From Paramecium tetraurelia (taxonomy: Eukaryota), in NCBI GenBank assembly GCA_000165425.1, contig CT868033.1, forward strand, positions 1 through 64,000: a stretch of 64,000 bases of DNA. Direction: 5' to 3'. Below the pieces are notes generated by a model. That model was given only the letters and a program-made list of their open reading frames with translations. It made no database searches and was not told the DNA's origin. The position numbers and the translations under genes are program-made. The number at the start of each line of letters is the position of its first letter. The first letter of the stretch is position 1. This document shows, piece by piece, positions 1-13,719 of this stretch.

Positions 1-24
1 TTTGGGGGCTGATGGCTCGCCCTA

Positions 25-295
25 CCCCAAACCCAACCCCAACCCCAAACCCAACCCCAAACCCAAACCCAAACCCAACCCCAACCCCAACCCCAACCCC
101 AACCCCAACCCCAACCCCAAAGCCGAACCCAACCCCAAACCGAGGCCCAACCCCAACCCCAACCCCAACCCCAACCCGAACCCCAAAGCCAGACCCCAAA
201 CCCAAACCCAAACCGGAACCCAAGCCCAAACCCAAACCCAAACCCAAAACCCAAACCCAAACCCAAAAGCCGACCCCGGACCCTAACCCAAACGC
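25..295. repeat. Telomeric repeat tract (C4A2/C3A3 mix) with degenerate units
   Basis: Tandem CCCCAA and CCCAAA hexamers, the Paramecium telomere mixture, with the C-rich strand at the 5' end. Variant units (GCCGAA, CCGAGG, CCGGAA, CCCTAA, CGCAAA) are interspersed. Bases 1-24 look like low-quality read end. Confidence 0.95.
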
Positions 296-2088
296 AAAGC
301 TGGGAAGGGGAATTTATCTCTAATATGGGTCTCGAAATATATTCGGTATAGATTATCAGTATATTGCCCATGTGCGTTTCTCTTATGAATTTGCTTGTGA
401 AGGTGACATTTGAGATAAAGAATTTGGAATTGTATTATAATAGAAAAATTAAGTAGTAGTATCGACAAATGGCGGTGACATCCGCGACCCAATTTCGAAA
501 GGATATAGTCTGGGTGTCCACCCATACTCTCGGAAACCGAATCTAATTGCTAATTAACTGTTTATTTCAATAAATGTGACAATTTCAAGTATAAGAATCT
601 TAAAATTTCTAATTATTACATGTCTTAACACTATTTTATCAGGCATACTATGATGGAGTATTAAGAGAATAAACTGTATAAAAACCATAAGTATATTTAT
701 ATTATTGAAGATATTTTCAAAAGCAATTCTTCAAGAATTTTTAATCATATTTAATTTTAATCTTAAAGAAGTAGTTCACTAGTTTAAGATCTTAGGTTTT
801 ATTATTCCCTTTTTCTATTTTGAATAACCTTTGTATCTAAAGTTAAAAAATAATAATATAGAGAATTTATTAAACAAGTTCCTATTTATAATGAAGGATA
901 GAAACTAAAATTAAATGTCGCCAAAATTGATGTATGCAATTTGAAAACTTTATATCACACTTGTTTTGCTTATATTTATGTTGATCACAATCAATTCGTA
1001 AATTTAGACCTAAATACCTTCAGTCAGGGTTTGAGAATCTATCTAAACAAAATTTGCATCCTTATTTTTCCTTATATTGCAGTTCGATGAAATCTATTTA
1101 TTATAAAAATCAAAATCCATATCATTTCCATTTCTCATTACTATAATATTCTCAATTCTGATTAGTCTTCAAAATTGTATATAAATAACAAATTAAAAGT
1201 GAATAATCCCCTATCTTACTTTTACTTGATCGAACCTTTGAGGGCATATTTAAGGGAAATACTTATTTCCTGAAAGTTTATTTAATTCTCAATAATCAAC
1301 AGTTTCATAAATTATATTATTAAATTATATGAAATATTTATTAATTTGATTAAAATCAAATTCACAAAACCGAAACCATGAATAGCTTTGCTTTGTTTTC
1401 AAAATTTAAAAACTTTTATTGGTAATTAAGCCAAAAAAGTTAAGCGAAAATTTAGGAAAACTAGGTTTGCAAAAATGATCTGCATTAACTATATTTAATA
1501 TGTAAAATTCGAACTTGTATATAATCATCAATAGATTAATGATTTGGAAATAAAGTGTAAATTTATAATCGAAGTATCTAATACAATAAGAGAGTTAAGG
1601 AAAAATTCCTTTTTGATTATTAATTAATAATTAAAATAAAACTTTAGAAATAACTGCAAATAGTGATTTATCTTTTTTCTCTTTCCTCAAATAAAATTAA
1701 GCCTCTTTATAACCTGGTTTATTACATACTTCAAACTAATAATTTTTATAAACATCTTTAAGATAATGAAAATTGTTCATATTTTAAAAAGGAGAAAAAA
1801 AAGTTTTCTGGTACCTAAATAAGTATACATCAAAGTTGAAATTCAATTTTAGAATTGCGCTCACCAATTAGGAGAAAAAAGAAAAAATTATGATCAGAGG
1901 GATCTTTATATAAATACATCAATAAATTCTTTGTTTTTCTACTTTATCAAATATTGTTATGTATCATCAATTAAAAATTTGACATCATAACTATTTACTA
2001 TTTAATTAGTAATTAATAAATTTGAATGTTGAGTATAAATAGACAAATATAATAGGAAAGAAATTAATATTTTTTTTATTTATTAATC

Positions 2089-5000
2089 ATGGATTAATAA
2101 GCCAAGAGGATTAATACTTATCTTTTTATGAGTAATGCTGCTTCAGTTTATACATTGCGAAATTATATGTTAAAAAAATTTAAGTAACTGCTCAACAATC
2201 TTAGTCATGGTAAAATTTTGAAAAATGAGGCAAGTAATTTAGATTTGGAGCCTTGTATTAAATTAAGAGGTGGTGGGTGTTGTGGAACAAAAAAAATTCA
2301 TTCTGATATAACATATGGCAATTAAAATTTTGAAGAAAATTTTGCATCCAAATTATAAACTTATACTAATATCATTGTTGAAAAATCGTTAAACTTTCAG
2401 GATAAGATGAATCAAGAAGAAATCCTGGCTGCATTCTAGTGGTTTCACAATCACAAAGAGTAATTTAACATTATTTGTAAGGATGATGCTTTAAACTCGT
2501 AATTTTATGAACTTATAGAAAGGATTGTAGAATAATTGATGAAATAACTGATAATTTTTTTAAAACTCTCTGGGTTCCTATTCTATTTGCTACTCTAAAT
2601 TTGTAATGTTTTATTCAGAATAATATTTTCATATTAATCAAAGAATGAAGAAAGATATATGTAAGCGGAATTACATAAGAGATTTTTAGAATATATTTAA
2701 GAAATCGAATCTTAAATCTAAGTAGAATCGATTAATATTTGGTTTAATGGTGTAGATTTTGAGCTCAAGATGATTAAGACATGTATTGCTCATTGTAGGA
2801 CAAACTCTGAAAAAGGTAAGGAATTAGCCATATCTATTATGTCTGGATTGATCTCATCATTATCTTAATTAAAACCCAGTGATGAATTGATTGACTCTCT
2901 TATAGAAGGAGGTAAGTTTTTACTTTTAAATTTCTATAATAAACAAATCCAAAATCCTTTACAAATTTACGAGATATATTACTTTTTTGAAATTCTGAAA
3001 TGGTCAATAGTAAATCAATTAAAATAGGGCTATTCCGTTTAGAATATCATTAGGCAAATTCAAGATGGATACCAAAAGTATATAAAGCTTTCTAAGGATT
3101 GGATGATACATTATTGTTGGGTTAACTTAATATCTGATCTCATGTGCTATAGACCGATTGTTTAAAAGGATTAATTATCATAACTGATGTAAATTGGAAC
3201 TGCTAATCAAGAAAATTGGAATTAATTATTAAAGTAAAATTAAATAATTTTACTTCCTTATAATAAATTTGCTGGTAAACTAAAAATATTTGGAAACTAA
3301 AATTTTAAAGTTAAAAAATTTGCACCTTTAAAATTATTTTAAGAGTACTTGATTTAGAATTCAAGTGAGATTTAATTATTGCAAGATTATATCAACTTTA
3401 ATTTCAATTGCTAGGCAGATCAATAATTAAATGAAGAGGATCTATTTATCTAATAATTAACGAGTCAATCGAATTTAGAATTAATAAAGGATTTAAACAA
3501 TTATTTAGGATCTCAGAAAGACCAATTAATAAATAATTTCGAATCTGTAAAGTAATAAGTGCTTTAATATAACGCTTAACTCAAAAATAACAAGGTTATA
3601 GAAATCAAAATAATAAAACAGGACATCCATTTTTTAATGAAGTCATTCAAACAAACCAGCAATTTAATTTTATGCTTACTCTAAGAGATAAATTTATTGG
3701 TAAATAAGGAACTCCAAATCAATTCAATTTTCTAAACATTCTTAGAAAGTCTTAATACGATTAATGCCGAATAATTGAATAAAATAAAACAATAAACATT
3801 AACATTAATTTAAGAGATTGAAAATAAACATATAGCAGAGTTTATAGGAAATTTAGATTAGGTAACTGCATTTTGGATACATTTGTCTGAATATACGACA
3901 ATTTAGCACGAAGAATTAATTGAAGGGAACCTAGAATAGGATCAATCGCTTGAAATTTAACTTAATGAAACTATTTAAGTCTTTGCTACCTATTGTCTAA
4001 ACATAGATAAATTTCTGTTATAAGTATCAACTGTGAAGAGAAACTTCTTGAATATTCTAAAATAGCAAAACTACAAAGATTTTTTAAAAGCCCCAATTTC
4101 TCAAAGACATATAGCTGAGGAGATAATCAGGATTTTGTATTCAAAGCTGATAGTGAAATTGGTTAATAAAGTTTAAGGATATTTCTAAAACATGGAAAAG
4201 GTGAAATCAAAAATTGAGGAAGTATAAGATATTCGAAAAGTTCTCAAAATCATTTATACCAGTTTAAATATTCATAAGGGAATAAAAATGATGCTTTGTG
4301 TCCATCAAAAAAAACTGAATACAATATTCCCATAATTTTAAGGGATTTTTTCAAGTAAAGGAGTTCAAGAAGCTGATGGAGAATAATAAAATTAAACAGA
4401 TATCAATGAATAAATTAGAGCATTAATTCTTGACAAGAAAGAGAAGTTATAAATTTTATTTAATAAATATTAAAACACAGAATTCACAAAGGAGCAATAA
4501 AATGATTTTAATAATCTATCATATCAAATTTATAGGGAAATAAACGATATAAAAAAATAGAATTGGAAGGAGCAAATATAAGAACCACTTATATTATTGT
4601 TCTAGGAGGTTAGAATTAAATTAGAAATATTTGGGTTGGTTTAGAAGGAGAGAAATATTATATAATAAGAAATTTTAAAATTGCTGGATAGCTATCTTTA
4701 AGAAATAAATTAAGAAGAAAAGACAGAGGAATTATAATCGTGTTCAAGGGATCCTTAATTACCTTCTTCTAGATAAGAATTACTAAAATTAAATTTAGGA
4801 GATTTGATTGAGTGTGAAAAGTTCATCAAAACATTAGAAGGCTTAATTATGAAATCTCAAAAGCTAAAGAGGATATTCAAATCAAATCTAATTGAAGCTG
4901 CTACTTACAATTAATCAACAAATGTATAGTTATTGAATAAATTAAAAAGTGTATATACATAAAGTTTATATCAAATAATAAGTGATATATCTCAATAAAC

Positions 5001-8000
5001 TCTATAGTTTTGTCAGTAGATAAATAGGAATGAATAAATGATTTTTAGTGAGAATTTTATTGCAAAACTCCAAAAATAACCTTAAATTTAGCAAGTTCAT
5101 GTAAGGATTTAAATATTAAATTTTAATACTCTTTGCATTGAAGATTAAGCTCCATAAAATTAGGATAGAAAAGATGATATAATCTCAACTATGTTTAAGG
5201 AGTTAAAAAAGAGCACCAAGACAAATTAAGAAGTAAGTATTTTTGATATGTTTTAAAATTCTTCATATAAAGCTAGGGAAATCCTTGTATTTAATTTGAT
5301 AAAGATGTAATCCGTAGTTCAAGAAGAAATAATATAAGAGTTTTGCGAAAATTTATTAAAATAAATTTGGATAATTGAAAAACATCCTAGTGTTAGAAGC
5401 TTACTGAAAAATGAGGAAATGATTGTGATGTAGAAGAAACTATTTTCAAAAGATTTACAAAATTTCTCAAATAAGTTAAAAACAGAAATGCAAAATAGAT
5501 TCAAATAAATTGAACAACTTGAAACTCAAATTCTTCTTAGCGATAATTAAGAAGAAATAAAGTTGTAGCTTCAACAAGAATATGAGAATTTTGAAATATA
5601 TTTAGATAATATTACGGATATGTCACAAAGATTAGATATTAGTTTAATGTTTTTAAGAGAAATTAGTAAGGATTTGAAAAACATAAAATCATCAATAGAT
5701 AAGGTATTAACTAGCATAAAAAGTGTGGAGGATGATATAAGAAGATTGAGAGGGAAGAACTTTATGGAATTACTGAGCATGCGAAAATAAAAGGTTTTAA
5801 AATAAAAATAAGAGAATGAACTTGATTAAATTCACATATAGGTTACAACACAAGATTACGATCCTATTTCTGGAAATAAAAAAACGAACAGTAAAGGGGA
5901 GTTCATCACATTCTTAATAAAGAATTAATATGATAATTTTGATGGGGAAGTGAATGAATTTTTATGGAGTGACTAAGAAAAGCAAAAAGATGTTATGTTA
6001 ATAAAAGGGAAAGCAGGTTCTGGTAAGAGTAGAGCTGCACGTAATATCGAAGAATTTATATGGATTTGCGATTCAATAAAACCAAATTGGATCCCTATTT
6101 ATTTATCTCTTCCATCCTTAAAAGACCCACATCATAATTTGATAGATTAGGCTCTTGAATCTGAAATTTACAACTTTGATAATATACAAATAAGAGAGTT
6201 CAAGGATGCTGTCATCAATGGAAACTTAAAGATTGTAGTGATTCTTGAAAGTTATGACGAAATGAAAATTGATTGCATTGGAACTAATCTTTATCATACA
6301 AATAGATTGGTTTAAGATCTTAATCTTTAGGCATCAGGACAAACAGTTAAAATGATTATAACGACAAGAGAAGAAATTTTGAATTAAATAGGATATTAAA
6401 CATGGTTTTATGGTCAAAGCATAGAAACACTTAAAGAAATTGAGATATTGCCTTTTAGTTAGGAACAGAGTTCACAATATATAAAAATATATGCTGAAAT
6501 AAGTGTTAAGAGAACTATTAAAAGATTTTATGAGTTTCTCAAATAATTGAAAGGTTAAGTAATTTCACTAGATGAGTTTAAGTAAATATGGAGTTAAATA
6601 GAGAATACAATTAATTCAATTATAATGTAGAAATAAAATTCTGAAGTGTTGTTTTAGACATAGGATGTGGATAAATTGATATTAAAGATTTAAGCAGTAG
6701 AGTTTTTTAATTTTATAAAATCAAATTAGATGGTATCATTAAAAAAGGAGTTATTGTAACTTTGGGGAGAGTAGAAATTCTCTTAAGTAATTAATAACGT
6801 CAACATCAATCATCTACTGACAACTCCATTTATGATGGAAATAATTGTTTATGTGTTACCTAAAATGTCATAATTTTTCTCGCAATCTAACTTAATAAGA
6901 GATTTACTAAAGAAAAATTTTATGGTTTTGAAAAGAGAGGCTAAGAAATCAGAGGTAGTGATTGAAGAATATTAAACAAGGTAAAATAAGAATTCAGAAG
7001 ATTTGAATCAATTAAATGTAAAGAAAGAGAAAAAAAATTTAGAATCAGAAATACTGGAATAATTTAATTTAATTATGGAAGACTTGGACAGTTAAAACTT
7101 TTTCGAGTAGTTTTCTATAGCCAACTCTCTAGAATATATCAATAATAATACTATCTTTTCAAGCAGATTTTTTAAAGTGAGGTATGATGCAAATTTTATT
7201 GTTTCAGCCTTTAGGTTAAACTAATTTACTGCTTTCGATTTTTATGAAATATTTGTTAACTTTTATCATAATTAACAATTACAAAAATTGAAGGACTTGG
7301 GAAAAAGTATAAAACTAGAAAGTGTTCTATTGGACTTATAAGATTTTTCAATATTTTTAGCTATAGATATGTCTCAGAGATAAATTACCCAAGTGAATTA
7401 TAAATCAAAAGGGAAACTATACATTAAGTAAGCTGAGGAAGAAAGGAAAGTTGAGGTCTCTTGGGAAGACTCATATTTCAGTGATAATTAAGATGATTTT
7501 GAGTACAAGACTCTATTACGCAAGTGTATGTTGATTAATTCAAAGGGCAGTATATATTCATTTAATCATAAATCCATTTAAGAGTTTTTTGTTGCCAAAT
7601 ACATCTTAAACTTGATTGAGAGACTCTTCAACAATGAATCACAAAGTGTGGATCAAACTGTGTTATAAAGCAGTAGTTTTAATAAGGATTAATTCAACCT
7701 ATCTTTGGATCATTACTCTGGAACTTTGGAAATATTAAAACCTAAATTGAAATAGATCGGAGAGATTAAACAGAAATTAATTCAGATAATCTAATTGTCA
7801 AAGATTGAATCTAAGAAAAAATTTTTAAGGTCAGCTTCAAATTCACTCTACATTATAAGTTCATTGAGGGAGCATTTTGATGGCATCGATTTTAGTAACA
7901 TCTAGATAGAGGATACTAAATTGAATGGCATAAGTTTCTATTAGTGTAATTTAAACAATACCTGCTTTAATAACGTTTCAATTGATTCATGTAATTTTAA

Positions 8001-11000
8001 TTGTGCAAAAATATAGAATGCTGTTTGGGAAAAACTGATTTGCAAAGAGAAACCCTCATTATCAGGTCACAACTCGAAGATAACTTAGGTTGTGTTTAGT
8101 GATGATGGAACCACCTTATTATCAGGTAGTTAGGATGGAACTCTTAATATCTGGTAGGTTTATGCTGACGAAGAGCCAAAGAGAGCAGACCTTCCAAATA
8201 ATGATAAATTAATTACAATATCGAAGGGTAAAAATTTGCTTGCCTGTCTCTCAGAGAATAATGTATATTTCTATAATCCACATAATTTGACGTAATTGAG
8301 ATTTGAAGCTTTGGTTAATGATAATTACGGTGATGTTATTTTGTCTCCAAACGATGAATGGTTAGCCGCATAGGTGAAATAAGGACAGGTACACTTATGG
8401 AAAATTGAAAATCTCGAAAAACCAATATAAAATTAAAGATACATTTCTAAGGAAAATGATAAGGGATAAATTAATTGCATTGCAATTTCTTCTAATTATT
8501 AACTCTTAGCAACATGTGGTAAGCAAATAACTCTATGGAATTGTAATAAAATATCAGACATTCAGGAAATTGCAGAGCTTCCAGCATAATCCAAGAATAT
8601 TTTCGGAGTTGCTTTTTCAAAAGATAATGAAATCTTAGTAACTGGGGGAGAAAATAAATAGCTTAAATTTTGGAACATTAAAGATTTAACTAATGTTTAG
8701 CTGCTTTATTCATTTGATTAATAAGAGATCATAATGCAAGTATCTTATTCATATGATGGAAAAATGCTAGCTGCAAGAACCTAATCATCAATTAAATTGT
8801 ATGAGGTTGACAAGCTGCTAGAATAATAGGACTTTTTTAAATTACTTCCTCAATGTCATTTTAAGATAATTGAGATATCTTCTGATTGCTAGATATTAAC
8901 TTCTGCTGAATATTAAACATCTTATTAAAATAACAGCAAAGCTAAAATATATGTTTGGGATATTAAAAACTTTCATTAAATTTAAATGATTCATACATTA
9001 GAGGAACACACTTAAAATATTTTATGTTTAAAAATTACAAATGATAACAAAGTTTTAGGTTCAAGTAGCGTAGATCAGACTATTTGTTTATGGGATTTAA
9101 CCAAATACAGCTTAATTATAAAATTAGAAGCACACACTAAAAAGGTCTCTAATATTGCTTTTTCATTTGATGGCAGATAAATGGTATCTAACGGTGATGA
9201 TAAAACAATCATTTTTTGGGATATCACCAAAATAGATTAGCCTCAAATTTAAACGAAAATATAATAATCAACGGATACAAAAATCATTGCTTTTTGTCCA
9301 TTCAAATCAATTATGGTGTCATTAGCAGGTCCAACTTCAAAAGGGATCCAATTTTGGAATACAGTTGAATTTACACAAATTCCTTTCGAACCAATCTTAG
9401 ATTATTTCTTAGATGTAAGTTTTCGGAAAGATGGTAATGCTATGGTTACATTGAGTAAGAATATTGGAATAAGGATTTGGAAAATAAATGAACAATCCTT
9501 CTAAATTGAGAAGAAAATTCCTCTAATAAATCTTTAATATTTACAAAGAGGGTTTTATTTAGATGATGAAAACTTTATAATACAGAATAATATTGACGTG
9601 ATTCAATTGTAAATTCAAAATGAAGAAATCAAATACACTTCTAAATTACTTTTCTCTCGGAATGCCTATGGAATGTCAGTAGCATCAAATTCTAAGTTTG
9701 TTGTAATTGGAAGCATAAAAGGTCTTGAGATTGTGGTTAGGGAAAATCAGAATAGTCCAAATTAAATTTCTTCAGAAAGCAACATTTAATACAGAGGCTT
9801 TTAATTTTCTCTTGATTCCTCTCTTATTTCTGCAGTATTTGAGAAAGGATTTGTTATTTAAAATATCGAAACCAAGTAAAGAGTAAAGAATTTTGAAGAA
9901 AAGAATAATTGCTTATCTGTTGGTTTTGTTAGCAATGAAAGAGTGATTGTTGGAACAGATACACTTGGAGGATAACTAATTTTATACGACATCAAAGATT
10001 GGTAATAAATAACAAAGTTGTCGGTCATCTAATTACCTAGATCCCCTTATAAAATCACTTTTTTAGAATAGAGACAATAAATTTGTGTATATAGTTATTA
10101 CCATATCATTTTACTCAATTTATAAAAATTAGACTTAATCTAATTGATTTAGATTAATAAAGGTAAAAAATCAGGAGAAGCTATTTTCAATTCGGATTAG
10201 TCATTTTTTGGTGTGGGTTTAGATAATCGTATTTATTTTCAATCTTTATCAGATATACTTATTTTGGATAAAATTTTTACATTAACCCAACCGAATTATT
10301 TGTATAAAAACTTTTCATAGAATAGTGAGTTTTTTTCGGCTATCTCAAAAGATTCAATATATTATTAATATGAATTAAATAAAAACTAGATTGCCAAATA
10401 AACTAATCTGAATTTAGCAAATTTGGAATTTGCTACTTTAAATCCCTAAGAATCGCAATTGGTTGCAATTCAGAATGCGCCGAATTAAAAATGGCGATAA
10501 AAATTATCGATGATTGACCTTGAAACGTAAAAAACAATATCATGCTTTGAAGAGATCGATGAAGAAAAATTTGTATGCTTAAAAGCGATCTTTTCTGAAG
10601 ATGGCTTAAATTTTGTATCATGCTATTTAGACTTAACAATTAAATTGTGGGATGCTAAATCTTGCAAATTGTTATCCATGTTTAAAAGTGATACTGCTAG
10701 CATTGATTTTCTTAGAATATCTTCAAAAGGGATATTAGCTTAGACAAGCAAAGAAGTCATAAAGTTGTGGAACTTGATAGCATTAAAACAGTAATAATTT
10801 GAAATGGATGGTCACACTGATTCAGTTAATTAATTGTGTATCTCCTCAGATGGTTTCTAATTGGTTACAGGATCTAATGTTGAAATCATAAGGTGGGATT
10901 TGATAGAACTAAGAAAAATTGATGTATTATTAACAGGTAAAAGACTTCCATCGTCATTTTGTTTTTCTACTAACTGTTAATATTTTGCTGCTCAAGATGA

Positions 11001-12546
11001 TAAACAATTAATCCACATATGGAAATTAAATACAAAATTCATGATTGAAAATCATTATCAATAATTTTGTATTATTTAAGACAAAGTTGCTTTTAGTTTA
11101 GATCAAACACAACTTATATGGAAGCATAGTAATTCATAAATATTCATCTTGAATTTAGAGCAGGTATTTAGATCAAAATAACTAATATCATAACCTAGAT
11201 TTAGTCCTGAATCAAGGTCAATTACGATTAATTCAAATATTCTTGTAAAAACAAATCCATTTGAATTAATTTTAACAAGCAATAACTCTGAATTAAAGAA
11301 TGAAGATATGGTGGGAATATAAGTTAGTTAAACAACAACAATTGCCATATGTCATGTTAATTAGAGATTAGCTCTTGAAGATCAAAATTAATCAATCATC
11401 ATATGGTCACTAGAAAGAAAATAGACAGAATCTATTTTGCAGCATTCCTCTTTGAAAAATAATAAAATTTTATCAATGGCCTTTTCTGGGAATGGTTAGA
11501 TTTTGTACTCTTGCCATACGAATGAAGTAATCAAATATTGGAATGTAACTGATAAATTTGCTTTGATTAAATCAGAAGAACTTAAAACTGTAAATAATGT
11601 TGATAGAAAAATATTACTTTTGTACATATTCCCACTGAAAGAAGAGGAATTCATAGCTGTATGGTATGAAGAAAGTTAAGTTTGGGTGGATGCTTAGGTA
11701 AATCAGATTGTGGTTTAAACCAAAGAAGTTGTAGTATTGGATGAAGCTATCAACTATCCTTTATCATCATCAAACTTCATAGCTGGGTATAATGAAGCCA
11801 AGAATTTAGTCGCAGTCTAATATAAGGCTAATCTAAAGATATATGATGTATCATAGTAAAAAGCAAAAGTTATTGTAGTTTTGGAAGGTAATTATCTTGA
11901 AAAATAGCCTCGTTCTTCAATACTCCAATTTTCAGAAGATGGGAATCACTTACTAGCATTAGGAATTAATCATACCCTAAGGTTTTGGGATATTTCTGAT
12001 TAAAATAAGATTGTGTAAAAAATTAATTAGTCAAAATTAGTTGAAACACTTGCCTTTGCTTTTATAAACTCATCAACAATCAGGATTTTTAGTAAATCTG
12101 GGGAAATAATTGATGAAAACATTTCTGAATATACATAAACAGGAGTAATCGAAGAGGGTACTTAATTTGATTTTGATAAAGCAAACATTTAATTAGGAGT
12201 ATATTTTTTTTTTGGAAAGTTTGATCAAAGAACTTTATATATTATGGATGCTTAAACTAATGAAATAAAATATACTTTGAATTAGTTTAGTTCTCAAATT
12301 AAATAGTTATAATTTGCATCATCTGGAGAAAAATTCATACTTGGTATGGAAGATGGGTCAATTTTGTTATATATGATTGATTCTAAAACATTAAAAAATT
12401 ATGAAAACCCAATTTGCTATTATACGTTTGCAAAAAGTCCTCTCTTGTAGGCCAGTTGCTGTAACATTTAATAATCAAGATTTCAAACTATTGAAAATGA
12501 AAATTTTGAAAAGCTATTATTGACTGAAAAGGGAGCTATCAAATGA
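2089..12546 (+). CDS. Giant NACHT/STAND NTPase - pentapeptide repeat - WD40 repeat protein (NLR-like), ~3,485 aa, apparently intronless
   Basis: Code-6 frame +1 from ATG 2089 (alternatives 2128, 2167) to TGA 12544-12546; all motifs checked are in one frame. LRGGGCCG at 2263-2286; Walker A GKAGSGKS 6007-6030; Walker B ILESYDEM 6241-6264; sensor IITTR ~6355; LLTTPFMMEI ~6815; winged-helix FNHKSIQEFFVAKY 7561-7602; pentapeptide block ~7830-8043; many WD40 repeats ~8060-12400. Confidence 0.9.
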
Positions 12547-13719
12547 ATATGTTATTTAAGTAATATATATTATATTAATTGAATAATTTGCATTTATAAT
12601 TACTATTTATCATTATTGTTAGTCAAAATCTTATTTTTTCCTATAATTCAGCTAGAAAATGCTAATAATGAAAATTTAGTACATAGGATGTTACCTGAAT
12701 GTATTTAGATTATAAATTAATCATAAATGTATCTTTTAAAAAGGATGTTACTTCCAGCTCCGAAATGGAAGGTATTCTAAATGTTTGAGACTAAGCTCAA
12801 TATTTATTATAATATAGAAACTAAACATTGATTCTTTGATTTCGAAAGTCAATTTACAGGTTCTAAACTCTCCTTGGAGTCGGAGAGCTAATAATCTTTT
12901 CCGTTTTTTTTCGCTCTTCTCCCGATAAGATAAAATCTTAACTATTCCTATTATTTTTTCTTCTATTGTGGATTCCTGTGGTGTTTACTTTTCCGCAACT
13001 TATATAATTTTTCTTCCCTCTGATGCTTCAATGTAAAGGGATCAATCTTGTTATATTAATTGAATTTCTCTTCTTTCCAGCAATTCTTATAAATACTTAT
13101 ATAAGAAGTAGTAAGTTGGCGATTTACTGGTTGATGACGAAGGGAACTTTTCCTAATTTTGTATAAACATCCTACAAGATAACATCTCCATTAGGGTCTT
13201 TATATCCATTTTGATAAATTCTGATTTTGTAAACTGATTAATTTCAAATTATCCTAAAATCTTATAAAAACTTTTTCGAAAAACACTCTTGCCAATGTAG
13301 CAAATATGTTCTGAATAGAAAATTTATTAAAATTATCCTGGAAATCTAATCATTTTTTGTAGTTCTTCGGAACAAATAATCATCACTCTAATAATATTTC
13401 TTTAACACTACCCCTTCCAAAGCATAATTTAAAAACAAATTATTTATTTGAAGTTAAATAAAAATGAACCAAACTTCTGTGTATTAATTCAATTTCTAAT
13501 TCTAAAGAAACTAGTAAATTATAAGATAGTATCCCTTAATAATTTCATTATGATGATTTGATTTTTCAAATGTTCTTCTTTAATCTTTGATTGTCATCTA
13601 AATTAGTTTAAAATTAGAAGATTGAAATCTCTTTATATATAATGTTTAAATTCAATTATAATAAGGATTTATGACATATTCCAAAGGAACCATAATAGGT
13701 AATCTATCTTTAATCTACA

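Noticed and set aside
2..323. Pro/Asn/Thr-rich ORFs in the track
   Set aside because: Translations of telomeric hexamers.
5319..10639. Short minus-strand ORFs (5319, 5571, 10433)
   Set aside because: Antisense shadows of the large code-6 NACHT-WD40 gene.
12650..13430. Possible minus-strand gene
   Set aside because: Several partial frames, no consistent model or motif.
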